Source: a bacterium
Lineage (GTDB): Bacteria; Zhuqueibacterota; Zhuqueibacteria; Residuimicrobiales; Krinioviventaceae
Reading direction: 5' to 3'
Assembly: GCA_963674595.2 (NCBI GenBank)
Contig: CAXXFV010000008.1
Span: 352,001 to 416,000 of the forward strand
DNA: 64,000 nucleotides
Part shown: one piece after another, positions 41,059 through 51,071 of the stretch
Position numbering within the stretch: position 1 is the stretch's first letter
Layout: the number at the start of each line of letters is the position of its first letter
Translations under genes and position numbers: made by a program
Notes under the pieces: generated by a model
What the model saw: the letters and a program-made list of their open reading frames with translations, nothing else
Told to the model about the DNA's origin: nothing
Database searches by the model: none

Positions 41059-42654
41059 TTAATCTATAACAATATTTGTGTCCCCATATTTTTCCTGCAA
41101 GGCCTTTAATTGTTTTGTTAAAGACACAACCACATCTTTATAGGCAGGATCATTATAAAGATTGTTAACCTCGTTCGGGTCTTTTTTCAGATCATACAGT
41201 TCCCACGCGTCAATGTCATGATAAAAGTGGATCAGTTTATATTGTTCGGTACGAATGCCGTAATGTCGTTTTACATCGTGCCAGCCGTGTGGAAATTCGT
41301 AATAGTGGTAATACATTTCTTTTCGCCAGTCTGCCGGTGATTGTCCCTCAAGGATTGGCCTTAGGGATTTACCCTGCATTTCATTGGGTGCGGCAACGCC
41401 GGCAAAGTCGAGAAAGGTGGGTGCAAAATCAAGGTTAAGGACCATGTTATTGACGACCTGCCCTGGTTTTATATCAGCCGGATAGCGCATTAACAGCGGC
41501 ATACTCAGAGATTCTTCGTACATAAACCGTTTATCAAACCAGCCGTGTTCACCGAGATAAAATCCCTGGTCCGAAGTGTACACGACCAGTGTGTTATCTG
41601 CCAGATTTTCTTTGTCCAGATAATCGAGCAGGCGGCCGACACTTTCATCAACAGAAAGAATACAGGAAAGGTAATCCTGCATATAGCGCCGGTATTTCCA
41701 CTTTAACAGTTCCTTGCCCTTTAAATTTGCCTTTTTAAAATCCCGGCTCACTTTATCATAATAATCTCTCCAGGCCTGGCTTTGTTCGGCAACTTTTTTC
41801 TCTTCACTGTTGAACCAACCCTCTACGACTTTGGGGGCGGATTTTTTACTGCCGCCTGTACCGGTATCTTTAACAAAAGCGTCTCTATTCAATTTCAGAT
41901 CATAGGATAAAAACATATCATCAATACGCATATCTGCTGTTTTTGCCGCATCTGTTCGGGTATCATAATCATCAAACAGCGTTTCCGGTATTGGAAGCTC
42001 TTTGTCGTCAAAAGCACCCAAATACTTGGAGTTTGGCATCCAGTTTCGGTGCGGAGCTTTATGATGCATCAACATGCAGAAAGGTTTGCTTTTGTCCCGG
42101 TTTTCCAGAATATCCAGGGCTTTGTCCGTCAACAAGTCCGTGGTATAACCGGTAAGCTGTTTTTCCTCGCCGTTTTCGATTAATACTGGATTATAATATA
42201 CACCCTGTCCTTTTAAAATTTTCCATTCATCGAAACCGGTCGGTTCGGATTTTAAATGCCATTTTCCCACAACAAAAGTCTGATAACCGGTTTTTTGCAG
42301 TAACTTGGGAAAAGTAACCTGGTTGCCGTCAAACACATCACGATTGTCGCGAAGTCCGTTAATGTGACTATATTTCCCGGTCAGTAAAACAGCCCGGCTT
42401 GGTGCACAAATGGAATTGGTGACAAAGCTGTTATCAAAACGAACACCCTGGTCGGCAATTCGATCTATATTGGGTGTTTGTATAAGTTTGCTGCCATAGC
42501 AGCTAATGGCCTGTTCAGCATGGTCGTCGCTCATGATATAAAGAATGTTGGGCGGAGACGATTTTTTGCTGCATGATGAAAAAAATGTGGGTGCTGTAAG
42601 AGCAGCAGCACCAAGACCTGTGGTTTTTAAAAAAGATCGGCGTGTTTGTTTCAT
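41059..42654 (-). CDS. Tat-exported Cys-type sulfatase, probably a lipoprotein
   Basis: Start MKQTRRSFLK (twin arginine), FFSSC, PNILYIMSDDH, CAPSRAVLLTG, GKWHL and YTSDQG. Confidence 0.93.
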   Translation of the reverse strand: MKQTRRSFLKTTGLGAAALTAPTFFSSCSKKSSPPNILYIMSDDHAEQAISCYGSKLIQTPNIDRIADQGVRFDNSFVTNSICAPSRAVLLTGKYSHINGLRDNRDVFDGNQVTFPKLLQKTGYQTFVVGKWHLKSEPTGFDEWKILKGQGVYYNPVLIENGEEKQLTGYTTDLLTDKALDILENRDKSKPFCMLMHHKAPHRNWMPNSKYLGAFDDKELPIPETLFDDYDTRTDAAKTADMRIDDMFLSYDLKLNRDAFVKDTGTGGSKKSAPKVVEGWFNSEEKKVAEQSQAWRDYYDKVSRDFKKANLKGKELLKWKYRRYMQDYLSCILSVDESVGRLLDYLDKENLADNTLVVYTSDQGFYLGEHGWFDKRFMYEESLSMPLLMRYPADIKPGQVVNNMVLNLDFAPTFLDFAGVAAPNEMQGKSLRPILEGQSPADWRKEMYYHYYEFPHGWHDVKRHYGIRTEQYKLIHFYHDIDAWELYDLKKDPNEVNNLYNDPAYKDVVVSLTKQLKALQEKYGDTNIVID

Positions 42655-42670
42655 ATTGACCTCTTTTTTA

Positions 42671-43522
42671 TTAATATTTTTCCGGAATAAACGTCTGATC
42701 TGAAATTGGCGGCCGGATATAACCATTGTCGGGCTGCCTGGGCGGCAGAACGATGGGGGCCGGTGTCAGGTCTTCATAGTGAATTAAACTCAGCAAGTGG
42801 CTGATACAGTTTAATCGCGCCCGTTTTTTATTGTCAGCGTTAACAACATACCAGGGCACTTGTTTAATATCTGTGTATTTAAACATTTCATCTTTGGCTT
42901 TGGAATATTCAACCCAACGCCTGCGTGACTCCAGGTCCATTTCGCTCAGTTTCCAGCGTTTGGTCGGGTCATTAATGCGCGCCTGAAACCGTCGTTCCTG
43001 TTCTTCATCGGAAACTGAAAACCAATATTTAATAAGGATGATGCCGGACCGAACGAGCATACGTTCAAATTCCGGACAAGACCGCATAAACTCATCGTAT
43101 TCTTTATTCGTACAAAATCCCATCACATGTTCTACTCCGGCACGATTATACCAGCTTCGGTCAAATAAAACCATTTCACCGGCGGCCGGCAGATGTGCCG
43201 CATATCGTTGAAAATACCATTGTGATTTTTCACGTTCCGTTGGTGTTGCCAATGCTGCAACACGACAGATACGTGGATTCAACCGTTGGGTAATACGTTT
43301 GATAACTCCGCCCTTACCGGCGGCGTCGCGTCCCTCAAACAACACAACAACCTGAAGTCCTTTAAACTTTATCCATTCCTGAAGCTTGACCAGTTCCGAC
43401 TGCAAGTTAGCCAGCTCGCGGAAATACAGTTTGTTTTTTATTTTTTTGCTGTCTTTGGTGACCGGCTCTATCAACCGTTTTGTTTTTAAATCCGGTTTTT
43501 TCTCTTTGGGATGATTTGACAT
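42671..43522 (-). CDS. ppk2: Polyphosphate kinase 2
   Basis: FEGRDAAGKGG, QWYFQRY, FDRSWYNRAGVE and NADNKKRARLN motifs. Confidence 0.95.
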   Translation of the reverse strand: MSNHPKEKKPDLKTKRLIEPVTKDSKKIKNKLYFRELANLQSELVKLQEWIKFKGLQVVVLFEGRDAAGKGGVIKRITQRLNPRICRVAALATPTEREKSQWYFQRYAAHLPAAGEMVLFDRSWYNRAGVEHVMGFCTNKEYDEFMRSCPEFERMLVRSGIILIKYWFSVSDEEQERRFQARINDPTKRWKLSEMDLESRRRWVEYSKAKDEMFKYTDIKQVPWYVVNADNKKRARLNCISHLLSLIHYEDLTPAPIVLPPRQPDNGYIRPPISDQTFIPEKY

Positions 43523-43928
43523 GATAACTCCATGAGCGCTTTGATGTTAACAATCAATAGAGTTTATAATTGTCATAATACAACAATACACTGGAAATGG
43601 CAAGTGAAAAGTGGAAATTAAAAAATAAAACCGCGAATGCCCCGGAATAAATTTTATTATTTTCAAAAAATATACTTGATACCTATTTGTTTTGACATTA
43701 CATTTAAACAATAATATTAAATAAACATGGGGTTTCGAACATGGGAACTCTGCTTATGGTTAAAAGGGTATTGATCTCTTCTACTCTTTACATTAAAGTA
43801 TTATTCAAATTGTTCTTTCACACATACATTTCGGGCCGGTTTTAATAAAGTTGTTTACAATATTTTTTTTGATGAAATATTAAAAGCAACGAAATCTAAA
43901 GTGTATTGCCTTTAACAGGAGGTAAATT

Positions 43929-44366
43929 ATGAAATACATGTATAAACTATTCCTGTGTTTGTTGTCATTAGTCGCATTGAATTGTAAAGAAGACAAGGAA
44001 ATTTTTTCCGAATCTGTAACTAAAGATATTGTCGGTACAATGTGGCGTTTGAAGGCTTTTGTGCCAGAAAATATATTTAAAATAATACCACCGGAAGGGC
44101 AAGTTTACACTATAAAATTTTTAAATGATAGCACATATACTGGTAAAAGTGATTGTAATCAAATAATGGGAAGGTACATACTTGACCCGCCTCAAATAAT
44201 AAAAATACTAAATACTGGCACCACCTACGCCTTATGTCCTGACAATTCATTGTATAAACAATACTTGCTGGCGCTTCGGCACGTAAATTCTTACAAGATT
44301 GAAAAAGATGAACTCTATCTTTTTTGTGATGATAACTCAAAGCTTCATTTTGTTTGTGAAGAATAA
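43929..44366 (+). CDS. META-domain (HslJ-like) lipoprotein
   Basis: Lipobox-like ALNC, W.L, GKSDCN...G.Y, TTYALC and Y.I....L.L pattern. Confidence 0.8.
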   Translation: MKYMYKLFLCLLSLVALNCKEDKEIFSESVTKDIVGTMWRLKAFVPENIFKIIPPEGQVYTIKFLNDSTYTGKSDCNQIMGRYILDPPQIIKILNTGTTYALCPDNSLYKQYLLALRHVNSYKIEKDELYLFCDDNSKLHFVCEE

Positions 44367-44414
44367 ACGGTATGGATTTTGTCCGTGTTTAAAATTTAAT
44401 GTCGGAATTTGAAA

Positions 44415-45083
44415 ATGAAAAAAACAAGTCTTGTTGCTATTTTTATCATAATTTTTTCAATTAATGCAAACAGTGCGTCCAACACAAACATAGAAATTGG
44501 AGTGAATTATTCGTCTCTCAGAACAGAGGGGGGAACGAGTAAACCAGGACTTTGTTTTGGAGTCGGCAGGGATATTTATCCATTCCGTTCATTTAACGGT
44601 TATATCGGCTTTGGATTGTCCTATGTCCGAAGAACGGTAAGACTGGAAAATAAAACATGGCCTTCAGGATTTTATACAGACGATTCTGACATTGTTTATG
44701 GAGATATCATTATAGATGAATCCTACCTGGATTTACCTGTAAAACTGGGGTATCATTTTAATAAAAGCAAAAGTATTTCAATTAATATTTACACGTCTTT
44801 GACATTATCAATACCCATTAAAAATCATACTATTTATCAAACAAATAAAATAGTTTATTTAACACCTGATGAAAAAGGTACATTTTATTTTGATTATTAC
44901 AAAACAGACGAAACTTATCTTGACAAATTCACTAATGCTCAGATTGGGTTTATTTTGTTTTTTAAAAAAGTTGGTTTGGGATGTCGATATGAAAAAGCAT
45001 TAACCGAAACAGACTGCACAGGTTTTGTTCTTATAAAGGATAAGATCGATTCTTTTCAGATCATGGTTCATGTATATTTTTAA
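44415..45083 (+). CDS. Outer-membrane beta-barrel protein (PorT-like)
   Basis: Signal peptide, GVNYSSL, YLDLPVKLGYHF and terminal Phe. Confidence 0.7.
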   Translation: MKKTSLVAIFIIIFSINANSASNTNIEIGVNYSSLRTEGGTSKPGLCFGVGRDIYPFRSFNGYIGFGLSYVRRTVRLENKTWPSGFYTDDSDIVYGDIIIDESYLDLPVKLGYHFNKSKSISINIYTSLTLSIPIKNHTIYQTNKIVYLTPDEKGTFYFDYYKTDETYLDKFTNAQIGFILFFKKVGLGCRYEKALTETDCTGFVLIKDKIDSFQIMVHVYF

Positions 45084-45509
45084 AATACTGATACATTTCG
45101 GGCCAGTTATAGAATGATTTCTAAATTTCGATTTTCAGGCTGATATGAAAAGTTTTTTGTTTATCATTCAATGAAATCGGGTGTTATTCAATATTTTTAA
45201 GAGAAAAAATATTTATAAAATACTTGCACTGTGCAATTAAATTTTGTATAATCATTTGTCATTCAAGGAATATTTTATTAAACGGTGGGTTTTGTTTAGG
45301 GTTTTTTAATCTATATTTCTTTTTGATTTTCCTTTTTTTAAAAATATGGGCCATTGTATATTATATTGATATAAATCTACTGTTATTTAATTTCCATTTT
45401 TATGGAATGGGTGAGGTATGTTCTTTTTATATTAATTATAAAGAATATATAAAATATCAAAACAGCAATAAATAATTCTAATCTATTACCTAATTAAAGG
45501 GAGTGTCTT

Positions 45510-46454
45510 ATGAAGTATGTTGTAAACATTTTAATGCTTTGTCTGTTTTTAACATTTGCAAATTCCTATTCTAATGAAAAAATCCAAAATGAACTAGACA
45601 GCCTGGCTTCAAAACTGGCAAAATTTGAACAATCAAATGAGAAACAATCTTTAAATAAAAGTTCGGCAATACTAAGCGGCCGCAGAGCACCCTATGCAAT
45701 GATTTATGAACATACTGGTTTATTTGAATGGCAAATTCTTTCAGAGTGTTTTTATGATTTTGAAGTTGACACAACCTCAACTGTTAATGTCGATGTTGAT
45801 TACAAACCTAATGATGATCTTTTTCCGACAATTCCTGCTTATTTTTATTTTTGTTCCAAAAGGCCCTATGACTCTTTGGATGAATATAAAAACTTGATGG
45901 TTTATGTTTTCCAGGCTTTGGGAACAGATGTGAATGTTTTAGTTAATGAACAAGATTCCAAATATGGGCATACGGGTTATCATTATTGCCAGTCATTTTC
46001 TTATAATGGGACAAAGTATGCAATCGATTCTTATTTTGTCTATGTCGATGATGTCGCATGTGTCGTATATTATATGACCGGCTATTCATTTTATCAGAAT
46101 TTTTTGTACAAAATATTTTTTGATATAGTGATGGATGTTCTTGATTTTAAAGATGCTCCAAACGCTGTAGCTGGTTATGATCAAAGACCTGTATCGTTTG
46201 ATCTGGCACAAAATTATCCAAATCCGTTTAATTCTGAAACTAAAATAACCTATTCCGTGTCAACGCCCTCGAATGTTAAATTAGAATTATTTAACCTGCA
46301 GGGGCAACTGGTTAAAACACTTGTAAATTCATTTCATAACACAGGAGATTATCAAATTAACTGTAATGCAAATGACCTGGCAAGTGGAATTTATATCTAT
46401 CGAATTTCAAGTCCGAATGATTATAAATCTCATCGTATGATTCTCATAAAATAA
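45510..46454 (+). CDS. Secreted protein with an unknown N-terminal domain and a C-terminal sorting domain
   Basis: Signal peptide; FDLAQNYPNPFNSETKITY...GQLVKTLV...LASGIYIYR tail. Confidence 0.8.
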   Translation: MKYVVNILMLCLFLTFANSYSNEKIQNELDSLASKLAKFEQSNEKQSLNKSSAILSGRRAPYAMIYEHTGLFEWQILSECFYDFEVDTTSTVNVDVDYKPNDDLFPTIPAYFYFCSKRPYDSLDEYKNLMVYVFQALGTDVNVLVNEQDSKYGHTGYHYCQSFSYNGTKYAIDSYFVYVDDVACVVYYMTGYSFYQNFLYKIFFDIVMDVLDFKDAPNAVAGYDQRPVSFDLAQNYPNPFNSETKITYSVSTPSNVKLELFNLQGQLVKTLVNSFHNTGDYQINCNANDLASGIYIYRISSPNDYKSHRMILIK

Positions 46455-46471
46455 TGGTAAATTGTTTATGT

Positions 46472-46500
46472 GCGCCGGGACATTTATCCCGGCGCTGTTT
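46472..46500 (+). terminator. Terminator hairpin
   Basis: GCGCCGGGA-cattta-TCCCGGCGC-TGTTT. Confidence 0.75.
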
Positions 46501-46672
46501 AATTTGTTATATTGAAATATTTTAATTTCTTTGGGGAATCCTTTTTTAAATTTAAAAAATGAAAAAACTTGCGCTGCTTTTTTATTATTCGTATAATCAT
46601 CTATCTGTTTTAAAATAACCAGTCCAATATGGGTAAATAATTTTATCTGATATACTTTTACATGGATTTTTT

Positions 46673-47341
46673 ATGGGTATGTTTAAAGTTATTACAAAAA
46701 TTGCAGTAACAGGTTTTATAATATCCATTATCTTTTCCTGTACCGTGGCCCCAAAATATCCTGCCAAAATAGAAAAACCGGAATTTGTAGCACAAAATTA
46801 TACATTGGATGAAATTAAAAAAGAGTATCCGGAATACGGTCTTGTTTTGGACAAGGCCATAGAATTATATGAAAAATTTGCACTGTCCGGTAAAAATCAA
46901 TTTGTAAATATTGAAGAATTGTTTGTTGAAAATAACCAGGGTGATGGTGAAAAACTGCAGCAAATAGCTGCAAATGCTCACAGTGGTTATTTCGGATTGG
47001 AACGTATCGAAATTGATTCATCTTATTTTGATTTTCCTAATTCGTTGAAAAAAAATTATCCCTATTATAAAATTTTAAATTATACCATTCCCATGTTTGA
47101 TTTGGAGAATGTTGTGTATGTGCCAAAGGGGCCTGTTGAAAATTATTTGATATTAAATTGCCTGTATTACACGGCATTTAAAACACGTTCAGAGTTAAAT
47201 GTATCGTGTTACAGGCTCTATCTGCAAACGCAACGGAATGGTGAAAATCTACTAATAAGCAAAATGGATATTGTCGATGAACGTGGAGTCGATTTAAAAG
47301 TACCATTTTTGTTAAAACCGTTTATGTGGTTTCGGGAGTGA
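46673..47341 (+). CDS. Hypothetical lipoprotein
   Basis: Hydrophobic leader ending IIFSC; no family recognised. Confidence 0.6.
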   Translation: MGMFKVITKIAVTGFIISIIFSCTVAPKYPAKIEKPEFVAQNYTLDEIKKEYPEYGLVLDKAIELYEKFALSGKNQFVNIEELFVENNQGDGEKLQQIAANAHSGYFGLERIEIDSSYFDFPNSLKKNYPYYKILNYTIPMFDLENVVYVPKGPVENYLILNCLYYTAFKTRSELNVSCYRLYLQTQRNGENLLISKMDIVDERGVDLKVPFLLKPFMWFRE

Positions 47342-47437
47342 AAATTTTGTATTAACAGAATGCTAAATGTTTCAGCTCAATTGGATAACGATTATTGTGA
47401 AAAGTTAAATCTTAAAAGGACCAAAAAGGAACCCCTG

Positions 47438-48382
47438 ATGAAAAGAGTTTTTGTTGTTTTTGTATTGATCTTTGCGCTGCAATGTCAAAAGAGTAAAGAT
47501 GTTTATCTGTTTTCATATTTTACAGGCAATGGTGAGGATGGACTGCATTTGGCCTATAGTTATGACGGATTCAAATGGACGGCTTTGAAAAACGGTCACT
47601 CTTTTTTACAGCCGCAGGCTGGTGACGACAAATTGATGCGCGATCCCTGTATTATTACCGGGCCTGACGGCACTTTTCATATGGTCTGGACGGTCAGTTG
47701 GAAGGAAAAGGGCATCGGCTATGCGAGTTCAAAAGACCTGATTCACTGGTCGGAACAAAAATATATCCCGGTAATGGAACATGAACCGGACGCAGAAAAC
47801 TGCTGGGCGCCTGAAATATTTTATGATGATGTAAAGGACCGGTTTTTAATTTTCTGGGCAACTACTATAACGGGGCGTTTCCCGCAAACGGATTTTCAAC
47901 ATGATAAGGGAATAAAAGGCAAAGGCAACAATCATCGTATGTATTATGTAACCACCAGAGATTTTGTGGATTTTTCCGAAACCAAAATATTTTATAATTA
48001 TGATTTTAATGTTATTGACGCTACGGTTATCAAAGTCGATTCGGAATATATCATGTTTATAAAAGACGAAACCACCAAACCCTTTGTCCCGCAAAAGAAT
48101 ATTAGAATTGCCAAAAGCACGTCTGCTGAGGGGCCTTATAGTAAGGCTTCGGACCCGATTACCGGAGATTACTGGGCCGAGGGTCCGACGGTGATCAAAA
48201 TAGGGGACTCTTGGCATTTGTATTTTGACAAATACAGGCTGCACAAATACGGACTGCTGATATCAAACGATTTGATCCATTGGACCGACAAATCCGATGA
48301 ATTTGAATATCCGCAGGGCCTGCGTCATGGGACCGCTTTCAAGGTTACGGAAAAGGTGTTGGATAGGTTGTTAAAAGAATAG
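47438..48382 (+). CDS. GH43-like five-bladed beta-propeller glycosidase
   Basis: Start MKRVFVV. EDGLHLAYS.DG, MRDP, CWAPE, VIDA, AEGP and RHGT motifs. Confidence 0.85.
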   Translation: MKRVFVVFVLIFALQCQKSKDVYLFSYFTGNGEDGLHLAYSYDGFKWTALKNGHSFLQPQAGDDKLMRDPCIITGPDGTFHMVWTVSWKEKGIGYASSKDLIHWSEQKYIPVMEHEPDAENCWAPEIFYDDVKDRFLIFWATTITGRFPQTDFQHDKGIKGKGNNHRMYYVTTRDFVDFSETKIFYNYDFNVIDATVIKVDSEYIMFIKDETTKPFVPQKNIRIAKSTSAEGPYSKASDPITGDYWAEGPTVIKIGDSWHLYFDKYRLHKYGLLISNDLIHWTDKSDEFEYPQGLRHGTAFKVTEKVLDRLLKE

Positions 48383-48481
48383 TAGAGATATTTATTTATG
48401 CTTAATATTATTATATGGTTATTTGAGCTAGATAGAATTGAAAGACAATAATGAAGATTTTTAAAAAATGGGAGGAACGGT

Positions 48482-49066
48482 ATGAGCTTTACATCTTATT
48501 TAGAAGACATCTTGGATAGGCTTAATTCAGACATTCATCTACTTGAAAATGAGTGTAAAGAGCATTATAGTCAAGACCAAAATGCAGAAAAGACATTAGC
48601 TCATATCAATAGAACTCTTGATGTTTTGAAACAGTTTTCTTTTAATGTTACAGAAATTGTTGAAATGATTTTGCTGCCCGAATATAAACAATCGATAAAG
48701 TGTGTTGAGTTAAATAAAGTTATTAAAGAAAATAAACTCGAAATAGACCATTTGAAAACTGAACTTGACTATTATGTAAAACAAAATAAAAAATTACAAA
48801 GATATTACAATAGAAAAGAGTTAGAGGTTTTACAAAAAGAAAGGACAAAAGAAAGAGGTCGAATATCAAATATAGTAGATAATAAGGGTTATGGATTTAT
48901 AAAGCGAAAAAGTTCTGATGATATTTTTTTTCATAGAACTGATATGATTAATGAAGATGAATTTATAGAATTAAAATATGGTGATTTAGTGGAATTCGAT
49001 ATAGAAATTGATAAACGTGGAGATCGGGAAAAAGCTATTTTTGTAAAGCTATATTCTGTAATATAA
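48482..49066 (+). CDS. Coiled-coil protein with a C-terminal cold-shock domain
   Basis: RNP1-like KGYGFI, RNP2-like DIFFH and GDLVEF; helical N-terminus; very AT-rich coding sequence. Confidence 0.8.
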   Translation: MSFTSYLEDILDRLNSDIHLLENECKEHYSQDQNAEKTLAHINRTLDVLKQFSFNVTEIVEMILLPEYKQSIKCVELNKVIKENKLEIDHLKTELDYYVKQNKKLQRYYNRKELEVLQKERTKERGRISNIVDNKGYGFIKRKSSDDIFFHRTDMINEDEFIELKYGDLVEFDIEIDKRGDREKAIFVKLYSVI

Positions 49067-49130
49067 ATTGTCTATATTATTATTACTTTATTGATTTTTT
49101 AAGATAATTTGCTGTTTTGGGAGAACCTAT

Positions 49131-49667
49131 ATGTCTTTTTTTAAAAATTTTAAAAATATGCTGGGTGTGGGACCGCACTTGCTGGTTATATGTTTTATTA
49201 TTGAAGCGGCGGCTGTTTTTATAAACCAATGGATAAAAATGCCGATAGAGCTGACCTATCCTTTTCAAATAACTGTTACGGTTATTTTACTGGTTCTGCT
49301 GGTTGCCGGCATGGCCTGGTTTAATTTTTCATTAAATCTGATTAATGTAAATTTTCTTTCCGGCAAAAAAGAGCTGGTAATTCATGGATCGTTTAAATAT
49401 GTCAGGCATCCGTTGTACTCAACCATTCTGCTGACGCTGCCGGAACTGGCAATTGTGTGGTATATGGATTTGTTTTTTATCATCCCGTGGATTGTTATGT
49501 TTTGTGCGGCCCGTTTTGTTGTTGCTATGGAAGAACGTGAACTGGTTGAGCAATTTGGCGATACCTATAAAAGATACCAAAAATATGTCCCCGCGCTGCT
49601 GCCCTGCAAAGGGCCGGCCGGGAAACGGTATTTTGCGGAGATTATGAATAATGAATCCGGGCAATAA
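49131..49667 (+). CDS. Isoprenylcysteine carboxyl methyltransferase (ICMT/PEMT) family membrane protein
   Basis: LVIHGSFKYVRHPLY and EERELVEQFGDTYKRYQKYVP motifs. Confidence 0.88.
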   Translation: MSFFKNFKNMLGVGPHLLVICFIIEAAAVFINQWIKMPIELTYPFQITVTVILLVLLVAGMAWFNFSLNLINVNFLSGKKELVIHGSFKYVRHPLYSTILLTLPELAIVWYMDLFFIIPWIVMFCAARFVVAMEERELVEQFGDTYKRYQKYVPALLPCKGPAGKRYFAEIMNNESGQ

Positions 49668-49670
49668 AAT

Positions 49671-50330
49671 ATGTTAAAAACTATTTTTATGAATCCGAAC
49701 CGGAAATTACTGTTACTCTCTTCAGTTTGTGTTTTTCCTGTTATGCTTGTTGTTTTCCCGGTAGCCACAAGAGTATTTGGGAGCAAATGGGGTTATTTAC
49801 TTGGTTTGGCCGTGTACTGGACATATTTAATCTCTGTCATGATATGTTTTTATAAAAGTGATAAAGTTTTTTTGAAAAATATTTTGTCAAATCCCAAATT
49901 GAACTATTGGATTTTGTATAGTTTTGCTGCTTTTATCCCTGTTTTGGGTGTATTTTTTGTATCATTTTTACCGGATGCCGGCCGTTTGTCATTGTCAACG
50001 GCACTGTTGGTCCTGGTGTCTGCCGTGCTGAACGGTACTTTTGAAGAGGTTTACTGGCGTGGTCTATATCTTGAAGAATTCCGCAACAGTGTTTCAGTCG
50101 GTTTGTGGGTATCCACCATGTTGTTTACGCTCTGGCATTTTTCATTATGGTTTGCAAAGGGTGTTGTATACCAGGGCGGACTTTTAGCCCTGGTTAGCGG
50201 CGCGTTTGTTATGGGACTTTTATGGAGTTTTGTTTCCAGAAAGCTGCAAAATATAACAATGTGCATTATCGCCCATGTTTTCGTAAATGTTTTTGCCTTT
50301 ACCGGTTTATATGTGCAAAACGGGTTTTGA
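49671..50330 (+). CDS. CPBP (type II CAAX/Rce1-like) intramembrane protease
   Basis: EEVYWRG (EExxxR), LFTLWH (FxxxH) and AHVFVN (HxxxN). Confidence 0.88.
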   Translation: MLKTIFMNPNRKLLLLSSVCVFPVMLVVFPVATRVFGSKWGYLLGLAVYWTYLISVMICFYKSDKVFLKNILSNPKLNYWILYSFAAFIPVLGVFFVSFLPDAGRLSLSTALLVLVSAVLNGTFEEVYWRGLYLEEFRNSVSVGLWVSTMLFTLWHFSLWFAKGVVYQGGLLALVSGAFVMGLLWSFVSRKLQNITMCIIAHVFVNVFAFTGLYVQNGF

Positions 50331-50387
50331 TGCAATTCCCTGAAGGGAAAGCTGATTTTTAAAACTAATAATTCAATTGAGGCGGCT

Positions 50388-50963
50388 TTGAAGAGTATTT
50401 TTCTTTTTGTATTGTTTTCATTTACTTTGCTGTTTGCTGAAAAAGTAAAGTGCGCCGAGTTCTTTAAGCATCAGTGGGTTTCAGTCAATGTGGGAAGAAC
50501 AAATGATATTTTTAAAAAGGGTAATCAAGATAAAAAGGAATTTGGATTGCTTTACGGTATTGATGTGTCCTGTTCTATTTATAAAAATGGTTTTGTGAAT
50601 TTTCAAAGAGCCAGAGCGTGTGAGTTCCTTTCACCTTTGTTGCAACTCCATAAGCCAGCAGAAAGTTTTAAACAATCATCTGTTTATGTAGGTTGTATTT
50701 TAACAAAAAAGAATTTTTGCTATATAATGGCAGTAGGTTATTGTCGGATAAAGGGAGTCAATCGCGGTAAATGGCTGGGTGTTCCGGGAATTGAAACCTA
50801 TGATTATGAGAGCCTGCCCTATACCAGCAAAGGATTCCCCTGGTATTTTCAGATTAATAACAATTCAGACGACTGGATTGGAGCAGGGTTACGGTTTTCA
50901 GGAACATTACAATCGGAAAAAGATTATTTTGGTGTGTCGTTATTACTCAAGCTGGGGAGGTAG
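50388..50963 (+). CDS. Hypothetical exported protein, possible small beta-barrel
   Basis: Signal peptide and amphipathic strands ending FGVSLLLKLGR. Confidence 0.5.
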   Translation: MKSIFLFVLFSFTLLFAEKVKCAEFFKHQWVSVNVGRTNDIFKKGNQDKKEFGLLYGIDVSCSIYKNGFVNFQRARACEFLSPLLQLHKPAESFKQSSVYVGCILTKKNFCYIMAVGYCRIKGVNRGKWLGVPGIETYDYESLPYTSKGFPWYFQINNNSDDWIGAGLRFSGTLQSEKDYFGVSLLLKLGR

Positions 50964-51071
50964 TCGAATCAATCGGAATAATCAACGGCCTTTTCCAGTT
51001 GCTTAAATAAAAGACAAAGTTTGACCTTTATTTATACTTTGATTGAATGGAACTAAACAGAGAGGTTTGGC

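Larger units (their letters stand above)
43824..45111 (+). repeat. Pair of 21-bp direct repeats (19/21 identical) flanking two genes
   Basis: ATACATTTCGGGCCgGTTtTA (43824-43844) and ATACATTTCGGGCCaGTTaTA (45091-45111). Confidence 0.7.

Noticed and set aside
43849-43859. AGTTGTTTACA matching the IS481 IR inner motif
   Set aside because: Isolated AT-rich 11-mer with no terminal TGT at the right spacing; likely chance.
45224-45475. 83-aa ORF in an AT-rich spacer, plus the many short antisense or overlapping ORFs in the track
   Set aside because: No RBS or motifs, low-complexity composition, or shadows of well-supported genes on another frame or strand.
43929-50963. Integron cassette array, suggested by a run of short same-strand accessory genes
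   Set aside because: No repeated attC-like RYYYAAC...GTTRRRY palindromes between the genes and no integron integrase.
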